From: Octopus sinensis
Taxonomy: Eukaryota
Assembly (NCBI RefSeq): GCF_006345805.1
Contig: NW_021832635.1
Location: 1-37,789, forward strand
Direction: 5' to 3'
DNA length: 37,789 nt
Of the stretch, positions 21,896-33,992 are shown in pieces (positions within the stretch are counted from its first letter, which is position 1; each line of letters opens with the position of its first letter). The notes below the pieces were generated by a model. It was not told where the DNA came from. It made no database searches and saw nothing but the letters and a program-made list of their open reading frames with translations. The position numbers and the translations under genes were made by a program.

Positions 21896-23404
21896 TAAGT
21901 GCAATAAGGTTTTTTAAACATAGAATGGCTAGAAAGGTTCACCCAAGTAAAATAAGAATCAAAGGGGTACATACCTAAAAGAAAAAAAAATGGTGGGGAA
22001 ACTTTATTCTCCCAGACTCCTGCCTTAATCGTTAGATTGCTTCTGCAGCAGAACGATGCTCTCAAGTGAACCCTCTTTTAAACAGTGGTACAATGTTTAA
22101 GAAAAGTCACATGAGAGTCAGAGAGTCATCAAACATTATTAATCTCCGTCTGAATGCTGAGCTGAATGTTAGAAACTTCACTAATAGTACCAAAGAAGCA
22201 TATATGACCGCAAAGAACTAAGTTATTCTGTCAAGTGTATGTTTAAATATCTTAATCTTATCATACTGGGCCTTTATAAGTAGTCGAGAACCGCAGTCAG
22301 TTTGGGGGGGTCACTGTACTAGTAACGATGCATTATCATATGAGCAACTGTCAACAAATACTATGATTTAGACATCTCTAATTGCCTTTCATGAAAAATC
22401 CACTGTATTCACATAAATCCAAAACGCACCTCAAAGGCTGGAGAGTGCCTTTTCGGAAAAAAAAAAGCCATTTTCGAACAGATTCTGTTTTATTATACAT
22501 TTTAAAAAATTTTTAGTTTTACTTTTACTAAACATAAATACGATCTGCAATAGGATAACATATAAAAGATAAATATTTATTTATCGCTCAGACAAGTGCA
22601 ATAAATTGAGCCAGCTGCTTTACTTTTAATGTTATTTGCTTCTTTATTTAGTTTAGTTTGGAGGCACACATGAATGGGTGATCAAATCTATTGGCTTCAA
22701 AGGTTGGGAATGTTGTGAATAGAACTAAGTCTGAATTATTTGACTATTATTCCCTCAAAGTTATGCCGTACAGACGCCTGCATCTATTTTCTGATCTAAA
22801 TACCCTTGCTCTTTTGGCTTGGTGATTTCTTTTCAGTAACGCCTTAACATACATATTCATTACTACTCTGGAATAGTAACGAATGGTTTAAACTTAGATT
22901 CGCAATACTGTCTACGCTTTTATACCTTTTTTTTCTTCTGTCAGTTATAAACTACAAACATTTTCTTACATTTCCCCGATTCACAAGTGTATTATCAAAC
23001 ATCAAATAACCAAGGAATATATAGCAGTCAACGTATTCTTTAGCGAAGCATAAATAATTAGGATATCTTTTAATATCAAAACTTAAACTTTATATCATTT
23101 AAATAGTTTCAACAACTGTATAAAAAAACGCCATTGAAAACTTCCACAAATAAACATATTTAAAAACATAGAACTTTCAATCTAAATTTAAAATTTTCAG
23201 GCACACTTCACACTTCCTATCCTTAGAGCAAGTTTTGTCTAAATGTATGAATTTGGCTTTTGCTGTTCAGCTTTTTACCTGTTTTCACTGCCCTACAATA
23301 AGATATAATTATCATTTCCGATATGGTGCTTCTTCGTAACTGCTCCCATCTAAGAGAACATTCAGTAACGTCCACTAGGTATTGTCGTCCTTGCAGATAA
23401 TCGC

Positions 23405-23614
23405 CTAGCACGCCGGGCGAAATGTTTAGCTGTATTTCGTCTGTCTTTACGTTCTGAGTTCAAATTCCGCCGAGGTCGACTTTGCCTTTCAGCCTTTCTG
23501 GATCGATTAAATAAGTACCAGTTACACACTGGGGTCGATAGAATCGACTTAATCCATTTGTCTGTCCTTGTTTGTCCTCCCTGTGTTTAGCCCCTTGTGG
23601 GTAGTAAAGAAATA
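23405..23614 (+). mobile_element. SINE type C, 5'-truncated
   Basis: Matches 15741 and 20217 from TAGCACGCCGG onward. Confidence 0.88.
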
Positions 23615-23713
23615 GTTATTATAATGGTATTTCTTCTTTCTATCTCAGCCGTTTTATTTCACTCAGGCTACTTCCACACATCTCACTTCTTCAAACTATC
23701 TAATGCATTTGTC

Positions 23714-24060
23714 TTGGAGGCGCAATAGCCCAGTGGTTTCGATTCCCAGACCGGGCATTGTGAGTGTTTATTGAGCGAAAACACCTAAAGCTCCACGAGG
23801 CTCCGGCAGGGGATTGTGGTGATCCCTGCTGTACTCTTTCACCACAACTTTCTCTCACTCTTTCTTCTTGTTTCTGTTGTACCTGTATTTCAAAGGGCCA
23901 GCCTTGTCACACTCTGTGTCACGCTGAATCTCCCTGAGAACTACGTTCAGGGTACACGTGTCAGTGGACTGTTCAGCCACTTGCACGTTAATTCCACGAG
24001 CAGGCTGTTCCGTTGATCGTATTAGCTGGGACCCTCATCGTCGTAACCGACGGAGTGCTC
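23714..24060 (+). mobile_element. SINE type A with 14-bp TSD and 34-bp deletion in the tRNA head
   Basis: TSD CTAATGCATTTGTC at 23700-23713 and 24061-24074; body matches 4378-4750. Confidence 0.92.
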
Positions 24061-24130
24061 CTAATGCATTTGTCATTTGTCTTCCCGCTTCTCATCACAC
24101 TTAAAGAATGATACTTTTTAATTTCGCTTA

Positions 24131-24347
24131 ATATCGGTCTCAAATTTTGGCACTAGGCCAGTAATTTCGGATGAGTGTTTTACTCAATTACATCGACCCC
24201 CAGAACTTGATTGGCACTTATTTTATCGGCCCCAAAGAATGAATAGCAAAGTCGATCTCGGCGGAATTTGATCTCAGAACGTAAAGATGGACGAAATTCT
24301 GCTAAGTATTAAACCCGGCATACCAACGGTTCTGCCAGCTCGCCATC
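24131..24347 (-). mobile_element. SINE type C-related
   Basis: Reverse complement shows GGCGAGCTGGCAGAACCG head, GAGATCAAATTCC, ATAAAATAAGTGCC core. Confidence 0.85.
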
Positions 24348-24894
24348 ATAATTTCACTTAATATCACTTCGTGGTTGTTGGAATGATCGGAAATCATTTG
24401 GGAAGACGATCCTCCGATGCAGGTTCAATTCTTCATGGGGACATTTCAGTTTCTTGTACCGTAAATTTCCAGTTACCAATTAACTAATTTCCAGTTGCCA
24501 GTTAACTAATTAGGGATTAGTTTATCTGTCTTTAAAGTACAAGGAAACACCTCTATTAATTTATAGAGCAACTCGATGTTATGGGGACACCTACGTTTTC
24601 ATTCCCTCCTTAAACACCTGCACTCAAATTTATGCATTAAAGTCAAGCCAAAGAAGGGACCTCTAAGTTGCTTTTTGACCTACTAGAAGTAGTAGTTAAA
24701 TCTCACTGACATCTCACTTTATTTTTTAAAAATATATAGGTCGAACATATTGGCTAATGCAGTCTGAGATAAAAACATGCATGAAAATCTAGAACAGTCA
24801 GAGTTGGAATACCTTTGATCGTAGGTGTGTCGGAATAGCAAGAACCTGGGACTAAACAACAACGACGACGACGACGATTACAACAATAACAACA

Positions 24895-25126
24895 AGGTAT
24901 TGGTTTCAAATTTTGGTACAAGAACAGCTATTTCGGATGAGGAAGTAACTTAATAATATCGACCCTCCCCCCACCCCACTGCTCGACGGGTACTTATTTT
25001 ATTGACCCCGAAAGCATGAAAGACAAAGTCGACCTTGGCCGAATTTGAACTCAGAACGTAAAGATGGACGATATGCCGCTAAGAAAATTGTCCGGCATGT
25101 TAACAATTCTGTAAGTCTGCCGCCTT
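24895..25126 (-). mobile_element. SINE type C-related
   Basis: Reverse complement shows GGCGGCAGAC..GCAGAATTG head, GAGTTCAAATTCGG, GGGGTCAATAAAATAAGTACC core. Confidence 0.85.
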
Positions 25127-25449
25127 AGCAACGGCAAATTATTGCCGTTTCAACAACACTCACATTTACATATAGCTTTATATCACGAGGTAACAAACGA
25201 ACCTCTTCCAGCTAGACCAAGGAGAAATTACAGACAAGCCACCATCACATCAAAGCTGATAATCAGATAGTAGGAAATTGTCCAAGATACATAATACTTG
25301 GAAATAAAAGGAGATGGCTCAATAGGAACTGGGATCAATCAATCAGTAACTATATAGCATTCGATTTACCCCCAAATCACTCCTTAATATAATAAACTTA
25401 TCTTGGAACATAAATCCATTTCTCTTTAGAAAAGTCAATACATAATTCG

Positions 25450-25830
25450 TACATCATACATACATACATACATACATACATACATACATACATACATACA
25501 TACATACATACATACACACACATACATACATAATACATACATGCATACATACATGCATACATGCTTACATACCTCCATACATACATACCTCCATACATAC
25601 ATACCTCCATACATACATACATACATGCATGCATACATACATACATATTACATATACATACACACGTTAGCCTCCTACATACACACGTCCATACACAAGC
25701 TCACACATATACACTCGTCCATACGCTCAATCACACATACCTACTCACACACTCACCTCCATTCACGCATACCCACTCCCATACACTATTCTCACATATA
25801 CACGCACTTGCGCACCTTAGTTCGTTGGGG
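25450..25830. repeat. (CATA)n and CA-rich low-complexity tract
   Basis: Direct inspection. Confidence 0.85.
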
Positions 25831-25986
25831 AGTCACCGTTATCGTTATTATTGTTATCATCCTTCATTCATTCAGCCTCTTTTTCTCCGGTCATCTCGTC
25901 GTGTTTGACCGTTGAACTCTGCACTTTTTCGCTCTCCGTTTTTTTTTTGTTTTTTCATTCTCTCTCCGTTTTTTTCCTTCTTAATC

Positions 25987-26022
25987 CTTTCTGTCAAAGA
26001 GCGTAGGTTCGAAACGTAAAAG
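25987..26022 (+). ncRNA. Hammerhead-like motif, degenerate core, Penelope-like terminal repeat
   Basis: CTTT-CTGTCAA-A-GAGC(GTAG)GTTC-GAAAC-GTA-AAAG; same architecture as 13427 with a compensatory stem I change. Confidence 0.5.
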
Positions 26023-26105
26023 ACCTTTCCATTCTTCCTAATACACCCGCTTGTTGTTCCTACACCTGTCTTTATCTTTTGTTTTCTGCAAGTTTGAACT
26101 ACACA

Positions 26106-26160
<55 letters not shown>

Positions 26161-26504
26161 ACAAACACACACACACACATACACACACATTCCAAAAGAC
26201 AAAGCATCTGCATGTCCCTTGGTCTGCTAAAAATGGCAGCTAAATTTTCCATGAGATACAACTCTGATACCTTCATGTGAAGGGGTGAGAAAAGAAAAGA
26301 AACATAGGATATTGTAGACCCTTCTTCTTTACAAAATGATGTGATGGTCACGGCAGGAATTATTTTGATCATATCATAGATCTGCTCCATTAGAGTTAAC
26401 TTGATAAGAAAAAAGACAAAAACAAAATAAAAACAGCAACAATAAAACAACATCAATGAAAAGAAACTAAGAATAAGGAAAGCTTTAAAATTTCTGATTC
26501 TTTT

Positions 26505-26940
26505 TAAATGGTTTTGGACTTAGGTACAAGACTTATAATTTTGAGGGGAGGGGGTAAGTTGATTATATCGACTCCGGTTCTTGAGTTAAGTGACCCCAAA
26601 AGGATGAAATGTTGGAGTACGTATTGCTTTCCCGATCGCAAAGTCATGGTTTCGATTCCGGAATGTCGTGTCCTTGAGTAAAATATTTTGTGTTACTCAA
26701 GGTGACTCAGCCGTAAATGAGTACTCAGGTGTGGAGAAGGAATGCTCCGTTCTCGGTCACCTGTATGCCATGGGAAACCGGATAACTGGAACCCCCTATG
26801 ACTTCTGTACCTCGAAACGGTAAGGACCAGGGGGAATTGGTTTGGTGAAGATAGTGATAATGAAAGAAAGGAAAAGTTGCCTTCGTGGGGGATTCGAACT
26901 CAGAAATGTAACGAATGGGAACAAATGACGCCGACCAATT
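26505..26940. mobile_element. Cluster of decayed SINE fragments on both strands
   Basis: GACCCCAAAAGGATGAAA (minus-strand type C body), GGTTTCGATTCC...GTGTCCTTGAGTAAAA (plus-strand type B-like), GGGATTCGAACTCAG (minus-strand B box). Confidence 0.6.
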
Positions 26941-27756
26941 TTTTTTTTTTTTTTCACCGTTTTACCTTCCCCGATCTTCTAACAACTCTACCAGCATACC
27001 ACCGTTTTTAACTTCCTTGGAATAAAAAAAATTCCATCGTTTGATAGATAGTTTAGTAACTCGACGCTATATATTCTGAGAAGTCGTAATGTGTCTGTAC
27101 CTATTAACGTTTCTTGTGCAGTTAGATAGGGAAATGCATCACCTCCCTTCCTGATGCATCTAATGAAAACCATAAGATAAAACAAACAAACCTTTCTAAG
27201 TCTTTTTATAAACACACTATCACTTCCTTTAGAGGGAAAATGCTGTTGGTTTCCATTTTTTTTTTTTTTTTGCTATTTGCGTTTTTTTGCTATTTGCGTT
27301 AGACATATCTTCTGGTTTACTAAATTATATTTTTTTAGATAGTTATTTATATATTTGCAATTTTGGCTATTTTTAGTTATTCCTATGCTTCTTCACAACA
27401 GAGTTATAAATTGCAGAAAGTTTTTTTTTTTAAAGTAATAAAGGAAAACAAATTTTTTTTTTTACTTATTTTAATAAATTTTGTTAAATTTTTTTTTCTT
27501 TGGTAAATTTTTCAACTGTCTGAGTCTTCAGATTATTTATAGATAACCACAAACACCATCTGAAACACACATACACACACACACACACACACAAGCACAC
27601 ATATGTAGACACATGCACACACATACCACATACGTATACGCTCACACTCATTCGCTTGTATATAAACATTTTTGTGCATATTCGTGATTGTGTATGAGTG
27701 TACGCATGTATGAATGTTTGTATGTATGTATGTATGTATGTATGTATGTATGTATG

Positions 27757-27809
<53 letters not shown>

Positions 27810-27954
27810 GTGCGTGTGTGTGCATGTGTGTGTGTGGATACACACATACACACACATATATATACTGATTTACATCATCGTATATGTGTATATATTTATG
27901 TATTTTATATATGTGTGTGTGTGTGCGCGCGCGCGCGCGCATATCTTTATATGT

Positions 27955-28256
27955 GGAGGCACATGGCCTACTGGTTACAGCAGCGGAATTGCGGTTGAGG
28001 GATCACGGGTTCGAATCTCAGACCGGGCGATGTGTGTGTGTTGATGAGCGATACAGCTAAGCTCCATGCGGCTCCGGCAGAAGGTAATGGCTAACTTCTG
28101 CTGACTCTTTCGCCACAACTTTCTCTCACTCTTTCCTCCTGCATCTTGCAGCTCACCTGTGACGGACCGGCGTCCCGTCCAGGTGGAGAACCTATACGCC
28201 AAAGAAACCAGGAAACCGGCCCTCATGAGCCAGGCGTGGGTCGAGAAAGAACAAAC
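27955..28256 (+). mobile_element. tRNA-derived SINE, type A head with a different 3' half
   Basis: TGGCCTACTGG A box, GGGTTCGAATCTC B box, AAGCTCCATGCGGCTCCGGCAG and ACTCTTTCGCCACAACTTTCTC shared with type A; then TGTGACGGACCGGCGTCCCGTCCAGG...GAAACCAGGAAACCGGCCC. Confidence 0.85.
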
Positions 28257-28912
28257 ATATGTTTATATATCATAAAAATATTCTGCATGTATATATTTGT
28301 ATGTATGTATGCATGTATGTATGTATGTATGTATGTATGTATGTATGTATGTATGTATGTATGTAGGTAGGTAGGTAGGTAGGTAGGTAGGTAGGTAGGT
28401 AGGTAGGTAGGTAGGTATGTAGGTATGCGTGTATGCGTATATATGTGTGTATAAAAAAGAACCCATAAAATCGAAAATACATTATTAACAATTTATGTAG
28501 TTTACATGTGTTCCGAATAGCCTGCCAATAGTGCAAGTTCTGTACATTGCAGTATACAAGTGAATGTGTGTGACCGTATACGTATGTGGTATGTGTGTGC
28601 ATGTATCTACTTATGTGTGCTTATTAAAAGTAACCTTCATTTGATCGTTTAAATCGCTCTTGAAGCATTTTTGTCTTCGACAAGATTCGCTCGGCAGTTA
28701 GATGCTCTGTATTTCTGGCAAATTAATCGAACAATCATGAAACATCAATAAAATATACGTACTGCAATGTGTAACACTTGCATTGCGCCAGGTTACACAA
28801 AATATGTGTAAACTAAATAAATCATTGATGATATGTATCATATCCTGCCACAGGTTGGTATATGTAAAATTATGCAGTGGAGGTTTAATTAATGTGTTCA
28901 TACGACATACTC

Positions 28913-28945
28913 CACGAGACTCCGCGAGACTCCGCGAGACTCTCG
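28913..28945 (+). repeat. 10-bp tandem repeat (GAGACTCCGC) ~x3
   Basis: Direct inspection. Confidence 0.75.
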
Positions 28946-29432
28946 CCACAACAATACATCTTCATTCTTTATGTATTTGTCTAATATCTTCTGTGATTAA
29001 TACACAGAAAAATAATTGATGTGATACCTCGGATTAAAGTGTACCTGTCACAAGAAATGAATAACAACATAGACGCATTACCATAATATTAAATAGGTAA
29101 ATGAGTTAGCCGCGTTCTATTTCCACAGAGATGATCACCTGAATTATTTAATCCTTATTTTCCTTCATATGTATATAGAGAATACATAAGGGGTTTTCGT
29201 CAACTGAAGTAATGTAATAAGTATGTACTTTAAATACCCAGTTTTGGCTACAACTAAATCTCCGGCTTGAACTGCAAATGAAAAATGTGGTGCTGAGAAC
29301 ATGTATGAAAGGTGGCTAGAAGTGGTTTCTGCTTGAGCGGTTGAATACAGTTTAAGATAGAAAATGAAAAAGCAAAACATTATTTACATTATTTACATTT
29401 GACGGATATTTGTCCTCATCTTGTTTGTTGTT

Positions 29433-29478
29433 AACACAACCTTTCGGCTGATATACTCTCCAGCCTTCATCAGTTGTC
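29433..29478 (-). ncRNA. Hammerhead-like motif in a Penelope-like end fragment (~29380-29525)
   Basis: Minus strand GACAA-CTGATGA-A-GGCTG(GAGAGTATAT)CAGCC-GAAAG-GTT-GTGTT; perfect 5-bp stem II; stem I with one mismatch; C15.2 replaced by G. Confidence 0.55.
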
Positions 29479-29525
29479 TTGGGGAAATTTCGGACCTGGG
29501 CTCTCATTCCTAAGGTATTTTTCTC

Positions 29526-29700
<175 letters not shown>

Positions 29701-30284
29701 AGGTCACTGCAGTTTGTCAAAGAATGGAAGAAGAATCAGAATGAAAAGTACATGCATTAGGTACTTCCATGATCGATCTACACACGCACACACAAACACA
29801 CACAGACACACACAAACACACACACACACCACACACACGCACACACACACACACACAGACGCACACACACACACACACGGCAATAGACACCAATAGAAGA
29901 GTACTAGGCTTACAAAGAATAAGTCCTGAGGTGATTTGTTGCACTAAATGCGGTGCTCCAGCATGGTCGCAGACAAATGAGTGAAACGTGTGTAAGAGTA
30001 GGTATATATATATATATATTATATATATATATATGAGGTGTGTATGTATGTATCCGTAATTTCACTGGCATACATACGAACATATTGACACTTGTATCAA
30101 AATATTCAAGCACAGTTTTCCCTTGATCGCTGCCTGACCTTCCCCTAATTTTGTATTTTCTTTTTCTTTATCTTATACATTCTTTTATATATCTTACTCG
30201 GCCGTTCTCTAATCGCTATTCTCCGCCGTTATAATTTTTTTTTCTTTCTGTTTATTAATTTTGGAATTTGTTTCTTTGTCTAGA

Positions 30285-31175
30285 CATGAGAGGTCTGATT
30301 AATAAATATCTGGATTGTTGTCGTAGTAACAAAGCTAAAGCGCGCAGAGTTATGCCGCTTGGCACAGACTGACCTTGAACACTACTGTGCCTGTGTACTA
30401 AGTTTTAATGTTCTACCTCACTTCTGCTGTTTACAGCAGAGCTTAGAAGGCAGCTGTGCAGCGTGTGATCGTCGCATTAACCATGACAAAGAAAGTATAT
30501 CGATACCTGCACAGAGGCTTTGCAAAGTTGCAGAAAGTGTATGGAGAGGACTATATGAGCCGCACACAAGAGTACGAGTGGTTCAGATGTTTCCAAGATG
30601 ACAGAAAAAATGTCGATATTGACGATCGTTCTGGGAGACCCGCAAGCAGCAGAACTGAGAAAAACATCACAGATGTGCGTGCAGCTGTGAGGAGAAAATC
30701 GTCGAATCACCAACTGAGTTATCAGAGGATATGCTGATTAGTTACGGTTCAGTTCAGTTCAGTGCATTTTTACTGAATGAGACGCGAGTCTGCCGAGTTT
30801 GTGCCAAAACTGCTTTCAGCTGACCAAAAAGACAGTCGGGTTTCAGTTGCACAAGATTTCCTTGATTGTGTGGAGAACGAGGAAAACATTTTGTAAACTT
30901 TGCGTAGGTCTCTGAGCAGGTATCACCAAGGTTTGGGCAAAATTTGATGCAGATTCTCTGCTCAACATTCTCTGTCATGGTCAATGTGACGGTTACACGC
31001 TACATACCTTCCTTCTAAGCATAGCTGTAAACGGTGGAAATGAGCTAGAACGTTGAAAATTTAGTGCGCATGCACAGCAGAGTTGAGGGTCAATCTATAC
31101 CAAGCGGCTTTACACTGTGTGCCTTAGCATCGTTACTATGGCAACAGTCAAAATACTTATTGATCAGACTACGTA
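30285..31175. mobile_element. Decayed mariner (Tc1/mariner) derivative with two 5' ends in inverted orientation
   Basis: ~45-bp imperfect TIRs (30285-30330 / 31132-31175); plus-strand transposase remnants YGEDYMSRTQEYEWFRCFQDDR..V..DDRSGRP and FVPKLLSADQK; minus-strand transposase start MTENVEQRICIKFC. Confidence 0.88.
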
Positions 31176-31424
31176 CTTTGCCACCAATATTTAGAGTTTT
31201 TTTTATCACTCCTATAAAGTCATTCAACATTATTTTGCTCCTATATAACTGTGCTTCTAACACAGGTACAAGTCCCGAAACGGACGTGACAGGATGAATC
31301 AATAAAACAAATTCAGTGTTTAATTGATATTTTTGGAATCGAATTAATCGAAAACTCTTTTTTTTTTTTTAATATTTATTTCGTTCTTGGCTTTGGTTTA
31401 CCATATTCATGATTTTTTTATCTT

Positions 31425-31575
31425 TTATTCTTTTACTTGTTTCAGTCATTAGACTGCGGCCATATTTGGGCACCACCATGAAGAATTTTTAGTCGAATGT
31501 ATGTACCCCAAATACTTATTTCTTAAAAGCCATGTACCTATTCTATCGGCTGCTTTTGCCGAACCGCTAAGTTCG
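31425..31575 (-). mobile_element. SINE type D, 3' fragment
   Basis: Reverse complement of TTAGCGGTTCGGCAAAAG...ATGGCCGCAGTCTAATGACTGAAACAAGTAAAAG. Confidence 0.8.
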
Positions 31576-31595
31576 GCAAAATATATACGTATGTA

Positions 31596-32023
31596 CTCTC
31601 TTTTACTCTCTTTTTTTTTTAGTCTCTTTTACTTGTTTCAGTCATTTGACTGCGGCCATGCAGGAGCACCGCCTTTAATCGAGCAACTCGACCCCGGGAC
31701 TTATTCTTTTGTAAGCCCAGTACTTATTCTATCGGTCTCTTTGGCCGAACCGCTAAGTAACGGGGACATAAACACACCAGCATCGGTTGTCAAGCAATGC
31801 TAGGGGGACAAACACAGACACGCAAACACACACACACGCATATATACATATACATATATACGACAGGCTTCTTTCAGTTTCCGTCTACCAAATTCACTCA
31901 CAAGGCTTTGGTCGGCCCGAGGCTATAGTAGAAGACACTTGCCTAAGGTGCCATGCAGTGGGACTGAACCCGGAACCATGTGGTTGGTTAGCAAGCTACT
32001 TACCACACAGCCACTCCTGCGCC
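31596..32023 (-). mobile_element. SINE type D, full length
   Basis: Reverse complement of the 21444-21895 family; head GGCGCAGGAGTGGCTGTGTGGTAAG. Confidence 0.92.
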
Positions 32024-32309
32024 TGTATGTATGTATGTATGTATGCATGTATGTATGTATATTCAGCAGGCCCTCTTTCAGTTCCCGGCTACCAAATCCA
32101 TTCAGGAGGCCTTGATCAACCCGGTCTTTTAGATGGAGACATCTTCCCGAAGTGGCCAAACAGTGGAACTGAACCTAGAACCATATTTCACTTCATTTAG
32201 AATTTTACAATTAATGCATTCAATATATCACCATCTACCTGAATTTTCTAAATATATGCTTTTGCTACCTTTGAGTTATTTCCCTTAGCTTACGTTTTGC
32301 GTTTAACTA

Positions 32310-32323
32310 TTTCTCTCTCCCTA

Positions 32324-32355
<32 letters not shown>

Positions 32356-32570
32356 CTTGCTCTCTCTATATATTTATCTATCTATCTCTTTCTCTCGCTC
32401 TATATATTTATGTACCTATTTCTTTCTCACGTTTTCTCGTTCTCTCGCTCTCTCTCTTTCTCTCTCTCTCTCTTTCTTTCTCGCGCTCTGTCTCTATATA
32501 TATCTCTTGCTCTGTCTCTCTCTTTCTCTCCCTCTTTCTCTCCCCCCTCTCTCTCCCTCTCTTCCTGTCT
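32310..32570. repeat. (CT)n-rich tract
   Basis: Direct inspection. Confidence 0.9.
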
Positions 32571-33030
32571 ATGTGCATGCATATGCAAATGTCCATGTAC
32601 ATATAAGCATATATCTATATTACAAAACTAGTTTCGACTGGAACTTGAAGCCTCGCATGACGGCTTATTCAACAAGTGATAAGATATCTTCGCTTTGAAA
32701 CTTATATTGCAATAAGCAAATATGAATAGCGTCATTATTAGATAAAAATGTTGAGATGGTAAACCGTAGTTTGTATTTAAACTTTCTAAATATAAAGGGC
32801 ATGTCATTGGTGATGTCACGAATAGCAGCAAAATGACTTTGACAAACCTAGCTCATTGAGCTAGTGACCGAACGATTAATGAAAGAATCGATTTGTTAAG
32901 GTTTTAAATACTCAATCAATTGACAAAGAAATATATGCAAGTGAAATACGATTAGTGCGTGTGTTTATTATTTGTATAATGACCCTCCCGAGATACAACG
33001 AAGCGTGTTTCAACAAAAGAGTTCACATCA

Positions 33031-33217
33031 GGTACAGACGTGCCTGTGTGCTAAGATGCTTGCTTTCCAACCATGTGGTTCTGGTTTCAGTCTCACAACG
33101 TTCCACCTTGAGCAAATGTCTTCTACTATAGCCTCTGGCTGACCAAAGACTCGTGAGCGGATTTGGTAGACGGAAACAGAAAGATCCCGTCATGTATGTA
33201 TTATATATTATATATAT

Positions 33218-33261
<44 letters not shown>

Positions 33262-33867
33262 AGACCTCCCCTTCGGTCATGAATGACCATGAGATTGCAC
33301 CTAGAAAGTTACCCTCCGAGGCACATTCCGGGTAAGGTTGTTTATGGAAGGCCAGCAGTTGCCCATGCATACCGGCCTCCACTCTCCACACCACCGATGT
33401 TATCGAAAGGAAAGGCAAAGGCCGATACAGCTTAGCACCAGTGACGTCGCAACTCATTTCTACAGCTGAGAGAACTGGAGCAACGTGAAATAAAGTGTCT
33501 TGCTCAAGAACGCAACACGCAGCCCGGTCTGGGATTCGCGCTCACAACCTCACGATCGTAAGCTCGACGCTCTAACCACTGAGTCATGCGCCTTCACACA
33601 TACACAAACACACACACACATACACACACACGTGTGTGTGTCTTTGTGTCTGTATTGTCCCTGTTTGTCCCTATCGTCGCTTGACAAATGCTGTTCGTAT
33701 GTTTGCGTTCCCATAACTTAGCGGTTCGGCAAAAGCGGCCGATAGAATCGGTACCTGGCTTTTAAGAAATAAGTACTGGGGTCGATACATTCGACTAAAA
33801 ATTCTTCATGGTGGTGCCCAAACATGGCCGCAATCTAATGACTGAAACAAGTAAAAGAATAAAAGAT
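33031..33867 (+). mobile_element. SINE type D interrupted by a nested type B SINE
   Basis: 5' half 33031-33190 and 3' half ~33630-33867 match the type D consensus; separated by microsatellite plus the inserted SINE. Confidence 0.85.
33261..33595 (-). mobile_element. SINE type B, full length, nested in the microsatellite of a type D SINE
   Basis: Minus strand GAAGGCGCATGACTCAGTGG head, TTCTTGAGCAAGACACTTTATTTCACGTTGC core, 3' hairpin GGTCATTCATGACC. Confidence 0.9.
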
Positions 33868-33992
33868 GAAATATCATGAATATGGTAAACCAAAGCCAAG
33901 AAGAAAATAAATATATAAAAAAAAGAGTTTTCGATTAATTCGATTCCAAAAATACCAATTAGACACTGAATTTGTTTTATTGATTCATCCTT

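Noticed and set aside
23223-23411. 62-aa minus-strand ORF and possible micro-exon (TAG|GGCAGTGAAAACAG|GTAAAA)
   Set aside because: The ORF start lies within a SINE and the polypyrimidine tract is weak; needs RNA-seq
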